From: a virus
Strand: one strand, 5' to 3'
Length of the DNA: 64,000 nt
Virus record (IMG/VR): IMGVR_UViG_3300026519_000011
Span: 3,783-67,782 of that record
Part shown: positions 57,789-64,000 of the stretch, piece after piece
Layout: each line of letters opens with the position of its first letter
Numbering within the stretch: position 1 is the first letter of the stretch
Notes under the pieces: model-generated
Seen by the model: only the letters and a program-made list of their open reading frames with translations
Database searches by the model: none
What the model was told of the DNA's origin: nothing
Translations under genes and position numbers: made by a program

Positions 57789-58206
57789 CTACCATCTTCC
57801 CCAGTAAGCTACCCCCATCAAGTTTGTCGCACTCGACCATAAAGCCTTTTATCTCTAAGCAGTCATCTGTCCGTGCCTTAAAAGGGCAAACCAACTCCTC
57901 TATGTGCCCTGGCTTCTCTCCTTGTAGGAATGCACTGTAAGCAACTCCTTTGGTGTCCATGTCTATCACTCTATTGCCATAGTTGTTCTTACCTGTGGCG
58001 ATTACTAAACCGTAGTTGTCACGGTACACCCGCTTAACCCCAGTAGCTTCTAGTCTTCCTGAGAACCGTTCAAATATTTTGTGTTGAGCGCCTGTTCCTT
58101 CACACTGATAACACATTATAGCAGCTCCGTTACGTTCTAATGGGCTGGCAAGTACGCCAGTACCGTTACATTTTTCGCAATTTATCGTTAATTCAATCGT
58201 TTCCAT
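57727..58206 (-). CDS. DnaJ-type zinc-finger protein
   Basis: CEKCNGTG and CYQCEGTG (CxxCxGxG) repeats. Confidence 0.75.
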   Translation of the reverse strand: METIELTINCEKCNGTGVLASPLERNGAAIMCYQCEGTGAQHKIFERFSGRLEATGVKRVYRDNYGLVIATGKNNYGNRVIDMDTKGVAYSAFLQGEKPGHIEELVCPFKARTDDCLEIKGFMVECDKLDGGSLLGKMVDDCSNQPNKAQCWERFHNEK

Positions 58207-58223
58207 GTTGTCGTCCTCTTACG

Positions 58224-58337
58224 TTATTTATAGGTTGGTTCGTCGCCATGACGAGCCGACCACCTTACCCCTACTTCTATAGCCCGTGCCTCTATTTCTA
58301 CAAGACATTTCGTAGTCATCGTCGTCATCGTCGTCAT
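58224..58337 (-). pseudogene. 37-codon remnant of the CACG-family C-terminus
   Basis: MTTMTTMTTKCLVEIEARAIEV... matches TKTLVEIEERALEV of 58602..59000. Confidence 0.45.
58238..58256. repeat. 19-bp palindrome copy 16
   Basis: GTTCGTCGCCATGACGAGC. Confidence 0.8.
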
Positions 58338-58360
58338 CGTCGTGTTCCTCTATTAAAAAT

Positions 58361-58615
58361 TTACAGCAAGGGTGATCCCATGCCTTCCGCATACGCTTCT
58401 GGACACTGCTCTTTTGAGGGGTAATAAGGTGACCCTCTATCCCATGCTATGTCCTTACTAAGTACCGATACCACGCCTGGCGTTATTACCCACGAATTGC
58501 TAATCCTCCAGCACGCTTGCCACGTCTCCGTGGGATTCGGGTTCTGCTCTACCGGCACGACGAACCCGTCTCCACCTCCTACCAGCGGGTACTTAGTGTT
58601 ACTAATGCGTATCAC
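58361..58615 (-). CDS. Hypothetical protein
   Basis: ORF in operon register. Confidence 0.5.
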   Translation of the reverse strand: MIRISNTKYPLVGGGDGFVVPVEQNPNPTETWQACWRISNSWVITPGVVSVLSKDIAWDRGSPYYPSKEQCPEAYAEGMGSPLL

Positions 58616-59000
58616 AAGAGGTACCTCTGAGGCGGTGTTCTTTTGCCACTTCTAGGGCGCGTTCTTCTATTTCTACCAAGGTCTTAGTGGCTAATAAAAA
58701 CTTATTCTCCTCAACCTCGGTAGCAAAACTGTTTCCAAGACTGACCAAGGTTTCATCGTGCGGGATGTGCATATTAACCTCGTCTCCTCGTGGTATGTCT
58801 GTGGTGGTCTTACCACAGGCACAAGTTACCCACGAGCCTGCATCCATATAATCCTGAAGGGTGAACCCTCTAACGATCCTAGCTTTATCCGCATCCCAAG
58901 TACCTTTAATAGCCGTTAGAATGCGCTGACCCCATACGGAGTTCTGTAAACCTGCTTCCGTCAGTATTTTAGTTACTTCGCTTAGCTCTTTACTTCCCAT
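58602..59000 (-). CDS. Hypothetical protein, 'WVxCACG' paralog family
   Basis: Similar to 37529..37891. Confidence 0.7.
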   Translation of the reverse strand: MGSKELSEVTKILTEAGLQNSVWGQRILTAIKGTWDADKARIVRGFTLQDYMDAGSWVTCACGKTTTDIPRGDEVNMHIPHDETLVSLGNSFATEVEENKFLLATKTLVEIEERALEVAKEHRLRGTSCDTH

Positions 59001-59508
59001 GACGGGTCTCCTTCGCCACTTCTATGGCGAACTCAAGTCCGAGGTTACGAAGCCTATGATCGAGAGGCGCGCCTTCGCCGCCCTTCCTAGGCACCCCTAT
59101 TGCCTCCCCACAGGCGCAGGGTTCCTCGTCAGGGTAACGAACGAAGTTTTCCTTGCAAGGTTCAAACATCCGCATCATCAGCCACTGACTATCCGTCATT
59201 TCAGCAGCTTCAGCATGGGGGCTTTTGTACTTCGTCCACCCACAAAGCGGTAATCCTGTGATTTCCCACGCCTTCGCTATTTCCGCCACCTCATCAAGCG
59301 TGAACCTATCGTTAGGATAGCAAAACCTGTGATAGAACATCCTACCTAGCGGGTTGGGTTCAACATGAGTTATTAATCCCCATGTGAATATGAACTTTTT
59401 CACCCCGTATATTACACCACCAACGATCTTTACCAGAGTTATATCGTTGGCGATTAAAAATTCACGGTCTGCTTCAGTTAATTCTATTACTTCTATTACT
59501 TCTGGCAT
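58990..59508 (-). CDS. Hypothetical protein with a partial C-terminal CACG domain
   Basis: PCACGE...LRNLGLEFAIEVAKE. Confidence 0.6.
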   Translation of the reverse strand: MPEVIEVIELTEADREFLIANDITLVKIVGGVIYGVKKFIFTWGLITHVEPNPLGRMFYHRFCYPNDRFTLDEVAEIAKAWEITGLPLCGWTKYKSPHAEAAEMTDSQWLMMRMFEPCKENFVRYPDEEPCACGEAIGVPRKGGEGAPLDHRLRNLGLEFAIEVAKETRHGK

Positions 59509-59717
59509 GTCGGTATCTCATTCTGGTTTTGGTTTTGGTTCTCCGTTACACTGATAACCTCTAGTACCCCTATTGTCAGGAAGCAGGAGAACCATATTAG
59601 GGCCAGGAGGTAGCGTAAGTCTAAAGAAGTGAACTTCATCTCTAGGAGTCCGTAGATGGCGATGCACCCAAATAGGATGGTCATTATGATTTTCAGGTCT
59701 GTTATATCTATATCCAT
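59496..59717 (-). CDS. Small two-TM membrane protein
   Basis: Two hydrophobic segments. Confidence 0.55.
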   Translation of the reverse strand: MDIDITDLKIIMTILFGCIAIYGLLEMKFTSLDLRYLLALIWFSCFLTIGVLEVISVTENQNQNQNEIPTCQK

Positions 59718-59757
59718 GTCGTGTTTTCTCTTGGTTGGTTGGTTGGTTGGTTGGTTG

Positions 59758-59776
59758 GTTCATCACCATGACGAAC
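59758..59776. repeat. 19-bp palindrome copy 17
   Basis: GTTCATCACCATGACGAAC, abutted by (TTGG)7. Confidence 0.9.
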
Positions 59777-60183
59777 CGATGGTTAAAGGATGTGCGCCAC
59801 CGTCTTTGAAGTCCTGATACACAGGGCATAAGTCGATTGATTCTGCACCTTGCGACACCGCGCAATTCAGGTTGCCCGTACCGTCTAGATTCTCTATACA
59901 GTTCTGGCACAATCTGTGGTACGGCATGTCACACAATGTCGCTAGAGTTATCTTATTAAGGGTTAAATACTTCGCGTTCCTTAGCGACTGCTCATAGCGC
60001 CCCTTAACAGAGTTACGGTAACGGCGGTGCATCGCTTCCCCTTGTGCCGATGCTCGGTATGCTCGTTGCCTGGCACGGGTACAAGCCACGCACCGAAGCC
60101 TCCTTGAATCCTGGTAGAACTCTGGGAATGCTTCCTTGCAAGTGTGAGAGGAACATTTCTGCTGTGGTTGTGTTTTGTTCATA
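59763..60183 (-). CDS. Cys-rich basic protein, first gene after promoter P1
   Basis: C..H.C, CVAC, CQNC and CP motifs; likely start MNKTQ. Confidence 0.55.
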
Positions 60184-60200
60184 ATGTTGTCGTGTTTGTC

Positions 60201-60219
60201 GTTCGTCAGGGTGATGAAC
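60201..60219. repeat. 19-bp palindrome copy 18
   Basis: GTTCGTCAGGGTGATGAAC, downstream of P1. Confidence 0.88.
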
Positions 60220-60257
60220 AAGAGGGCTAATCGAGTCTCTCATCCATTACAACCCCC

Positions 60258-60293
60258 ATTATAGCAGGATTATAGGTGTTTGTCAACCCCTAG
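60258..60293 (-). promoter_or_regulatory. Consensus sigma70 promoter P1
   Basis: CTAGGGG-TTGACA-N17-TATAAT with extended -10 TG. Confidence 0.9.
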
Positions 60294-61383
60294 ACTTGTC
60301 CTAATCCCACAGCCTTTTGAAGGTATCTGAAGCCGTCCAACACCTTTTCCTCGCGTCGTAACGCATGTTGCCAGGCGCAAGCGTCTCATACTTACGCTAC
60401 ATTAGTGCTATGGGTAGGTACTAAGGAATGAATGAGGCAAGAATAGGGGCTTCAGGAAGGGAGGTGGGCAGGAAGGGAGGCGGGGGCGGATTTTCCTTTA
60501 ATTACCCCATTTCTAGTACGTGTATTAACTCTGTTGCAGGGTAGGTTAATTGCATGTGAATAGTTTGCATGCAACATACTTTCTACACTTCGCTTTTTGA
60601 CCCATTTTTTCTGAAAAAAGTGGTCAAAATTTAACCAATTCAGTGTAATTATTATGTGTGTTTATGTAGGTATTACCTAACCTCATATGTTCACCTTTTG
60701 TAAGTTTTATGCTCAATCTTCTGTAGCCCTTACAGAGTGCAGGTTTCCAAGGATTTACTGGTTTTCGTCTTTTATTATGAAACTTTTTTATAGGGGTATG
60801 ACCAATTAAATTAGGGGCCATTTTCAGACTTTTTTTAATTTGTCAACTACATTAGTTTATTAGCAAAAACTTATATACTGCATTAACCTGGCTCTTTGTG
60901 TGGGTATGTGGGTAAATAATCCCATTTGCGATAAACGTTTGTTATTTTGTAGGGAGTTTTTGCTGTTTTTTAGCCTCTAGGTCATAAAACTTGTTTATTC
61001 GGAGTGGATTTCACTACTTTGTACTTTTATTATTAAATGCATTAATACTAAGTTCTTAGGTTTGCTAAGAGCAAGACAGGTACAGGGCTATACGCTGATT
61101 TTAAGCTAAAAATCACGAATTAGAGTTTATTGGTCGGGTGTAGTGCACTAAATCAGGGTTTCCTAATATACTGATTTAGTGTGGTCAAAAAATATACACA
61201 GCCTTACAGGACGCGCTCAATTCACCGTATTGTTTGTGTGGTATTTGATTTTGATAAGTTTAGTTAATCAAGTTGATTCTCATTTTGCGACTGTACGTAG
61301 ATTTAAAGGGTGTTTGTTGGTTGTTGACTGGGTAGGTACTTGGAAACTTTTTTCGTTGGTCAGGGGATGTTGTAGGTGGGTCA

Positions 61384-61502
61384 TGGAAGGGGGATGGGAA
61401 GGGGGATGGGAAGGGGGATGGACGGAAATAGGGGCGATTTTGGGGGTTCTGAAGGGGTTGGGTAGGGGGATGGGTAGGACGGAAATAGGGGCGATTTTGG
61501 GG
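61384..61502. repeat. G-rich direct repeats
   Basis: (GGAAGGGGGATG) x3 and GGACGGAAATAGGGGCGATTTTGGGG x2 (61420, 61477). Confidence 0.8.
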
Positions 61503-63372
61503 ATTTTTTCAGGAGGTCGTCTGGGAGGCGCACTGCATAGGGGCTGGCTTTGACGAGGGTTTTTATTGTGCAAGGACGTTGGGCACTATATACTATGGAT
61601 ATGGGCGCAATGCTCTGACATTTTACTTCAGGTTTCGGGAACGGGTCAGGTGAAAATGGGTGGGATTTTGATTTCCCCCAAAGGTCCGGTTTTGAAGCAA
61701 AATTTTTTTCTAAAAATTTTCCACACTTTTTTTTCTTAAAAATCGCAAATTTATTTTTTAAGTATATCCAAAATCTAAAACCCATCAATTATTTTCGTAG
61801 TAATCCTCAAAAAGCGCTGTAAGCAAAGCACCAAGTTGGTTTAGACCATCACCAAGCTGGTATAGACCATCCCCAAAAAGCACCAAAAGCACTAAAGAAA
61901 TATCTGCCGTCTAAAACCGCCACTTCCATCAAGAAAGATAAGTACTTGTTCTATATATATATTCTTTTAATAAATAATAAATATATATATAAGATGTTAT
62001 TACGTATGTTCTTCATTTCTTGTTAATTAGTGGCGGAGTTTTCGTTTTTCATAAATTATCGTATTTTTCCTTGTTGATTCAGACGCTTGCAAGTAACAGT
62101 TAAAAACTTATTAATGAATTTCTTGATGCATTGCATGCAACATTTGTGTCAAGTTTTCAGAATAGACACCGCTGAAAGGCATTGTATAAGGCTTCTTTCC
62201 TTGTTTGACAATCCTAGTTTTTTGTGAAAGCCTATTATTTTCACTTTTTACCTAGATTTTCCGAAAAAATCCTGCTCTGTTTCCTGCATATTCCGCAAAA
62301 CCTATACGCTGTCCGATCTCCAGCCCTATTGATTTTCCCTTGCAATTCATGTAAACACCCTTGATTTTGCCTTTAAAAAAACTTCATGGGAAAAAAATCC
62401 CAAAACCTTAATCTGACTTCCTTAAAAAAACCCGACTTGAATTCTAATCGTATTCCCTTGCCTCCCCCTTGCCTCCCCCTTGCCTCAGAAACCGCGTCAT
62501 CCTTTAGTTGTGTGGTGTTTGCTTGTGTTCGGTTCTGCCTGCGGTTCTGCCTGCATCCTTCTACCCTCCATTGCTTGATCTAAAGATTATATATGACGTT
62601 ACCAGATATTATTATATTAAAAATCAAAACCCCTAAATTCGGCCTTATTTTGGGGCCCTTTAAATCTATTTTTTAGATCATTATCGCTTTATCATTCGGA
62701 AAATAGGTTTGCACATTCTGCTTGATTCGTGTAAGAAAACGTAAAAAATCGTGTTTCAAATAGATATACATTATAAAGGTCATAAGTTTTAGGGCAATTT
62801 TTGGCATCAAAATAGGTAATGTGGGTATCAGCCAAATAAAATAAAGAAAATCTATTAGGTTTTGGTTTTTCGGTAAAAATTTTATTCATACTATTCAAAG
62901 GGTTACAGCTGATAAGTAAGGTAAAATTCCCATACCAGTCGGTATGTAATTTCCAACACCCCCTCGAAACCCTGCTATAGAGGGAAATTAATAGCTTCGT
63001 AAAAATAATGAAAATAATTTTCGATTTTTAAAAACTGCTGAAAATAAAAAATTTTTATTTGCAGATTTTTTCAGATTTCAAAATTTGACATAAAATAAAT
63101 AATGTGTTAGGAAATTAAAATCACACCAAGATTTTTAGGTAAAATCGCTGTGGTGGCGGTAATTACAGGGCTAAAAAAGGTGCATAAAATGGTTGCGGTG
63201 TTGTGTGAAATGTGCTAGGAAAAGCTAGGAAAAACGGGAAAAGAGGGAAAAGTTGGGCAGGTTGAATTTCCTTCGAACGACTTGTTAGTTTTTTCGAAAA
63301 AGAATAGTTATTGGTTGCTTTATCGGCAAAAGTGTGAATGAGATTACTCTTGGTATCAAGGCTGGATAGCGC

Positions 63373-63391
63373 GTTCATCACCGTGATGAAC
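63373..63391. repeat. 19-bp palindrome copy 19
   Basis: GTTCATCACCGTGATGAAC. Confidence 0.9.
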
Positions 63392-63597
63392 GAATTTCTT
63401 GCATAAAAATCAACTCAGGTTATACGTTGATAAAAATTTCTTTGGTAAAAATAGACTGGGAAAAAATTCACATAAAAAAGTTGCCGGTAAAAATTCAGGC
63501 AGTACTAAAAAAGTGGGTGAAGTTTCTCGCGCTGATAACAAGTGAAAAAGGTTTTTTGTGTTTTGGTTTTTTATTGGTTTTTTATTGGTTCGTCATG

Positions 63598-63616
63598 GTT
63601 CGTCATGGTGATGAAC
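63598..63616. repeat. 19-bp palindrome copy 20
   Basis: GTTCGTCATGGTGATGAAC, preceded by a duplicated half-site GGTTCGTCAT. Confidence 0.9.
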
Positions 63617-63624
63617 GGGTTTTT

Positions 63625-63726
63625 GGTCTTGGTCTTGGTCTTGGTCTTGGTCTTGGTCTTGGTCTTGGTCTTGGTCTTGGTCTTGGTCTTGGTCTTGGTC
63701 TTGGTCTTGGTCTTGGTCTTGGTCTT
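63625..63726. repeat. (GGTCTT)17 microsatellite
   Basis: 17 perfect hexamers counted. Confidence 0.95.
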
Positions 63727-63742
63727 GTGTTGAACGGACTTA

Positions 63743-63798
63743 ATCTGATTTTCCTTGACTACCGTTCATCTGATTTTCCTTGACTACCGTTCATCTGA
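63743..63798. repeat. 25-bp tandem duplication
   Basis: ATCTGATTTTCCTTGACTACCGTTC x2; the junction creates a CCGTTCATC half-site of the palindrome. Confidence 0.9.
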
Positions 63799-63911
63799 AA
63801 CATGGTCGTTCGCCTGAGAAAAATTGACTCACTGAGAACGCTTGTGAGGCGTTTAAACTGAAAGGGAATAGTAAGGGTGCTTAGACAGTGGATCGCTTGT
63901 GATAGCTTAAA

Positions 63912-64000
63912 TGGCGCTCAAAGGGCGTTTATAACTGGCGCTCAAAGGGCGTTTATAACTGGGGGTGTGGGGTGTGGTGTGGGGTGTGGTGTGGGGTGTG
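63912..64000. repeat. 24-bp tandem duplication followed by a GT-rich repeat
   Basis: TGGCGCTCAAAGGGCGTTTATAAC x2, then (GGGGTGT/GGTGT)n to the window end. Confidence 0.9.

Larger units (their letters stand above)
60300..64000. other. Long AT-rich non-coding region with many short repeats (origin or genome-end region?)
   Basis: No credible ORFs; A/T tracts, direct repeats and microsatellites. Confidence 0.65.

Noticed and set aside
2951-63616. The 19-bp palindromes as a CRISPR array
   Set aside because: Copies are dispersed over kilobases with no regular spacers, and no cas genes are present.
2951-63616. Palindrome as a known LexA box
   Set aside because: The arrangement GTTC-N11-GAAC does not fit CTGT-N8-ACAG, GAAC-N4-GTTC or the direct repeat GTTC-N7-GTTC.
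63427-63783. ORFs with GL/LV repeats and other ORFs in 60600-63800
   Set aside because: They arise from the (GGTCTT)17 repeat or low-complexity AT-rich DNA, with no RBS or operon context.
1-64000. Integrase, att site or tRNA genes
   Set aside because: None recognised by eye; lifestyle cannot be settled because the genome extends beyond the window.

Overview
The window looks like most of a long-tailed (siphovirus-like) dsDNA phage genome with a Gram-negative host, built as two converging arms. The + arm (1-31.4 kb) carries a lysis cassette (M15 peptidase tail end, embedded Rz/Rz1-type spanin pair, holin-like proteins), an HU-like protein, a GpA-like terminase, portal, S49 protease, capsid, neck, tail tube, a 2498-aa tape measure, a large Ig-like repeat protein and GTA-like tail-tip genes. 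The - arm (31.8-60.3 kb) carries a Dda-like helicase, full-length PolA, SNF2-like helicase, AEP primase-helicase, resolvase, SbcCD-like nuclease and many small early genes, driven by three perfect TTGACA-N17-TATAAT promoters. It is followed by about 3.7 kb of non-coding, repeat-rich DNA. Three things stand out. (1) A contiguous phage-encoded ubiquitin-like conjugation cluster (Ubl-cargo fusion, JAB/JAMM protease, two E2-like proteins, E1/ThiF; 49.4-55.2 kb). (2) Twenty dispersed copies of a 19-bp palindrome GTTCRTCAYSRTGAYGAAC, some inside genes and one downstream of each strong promoter. (3) A ~400-nt run of back-to-back hairpins between the arms, with G-U pairs that favour a + strand RNA. 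All calls come from motif recognition and gene order by eye; no searches were run.
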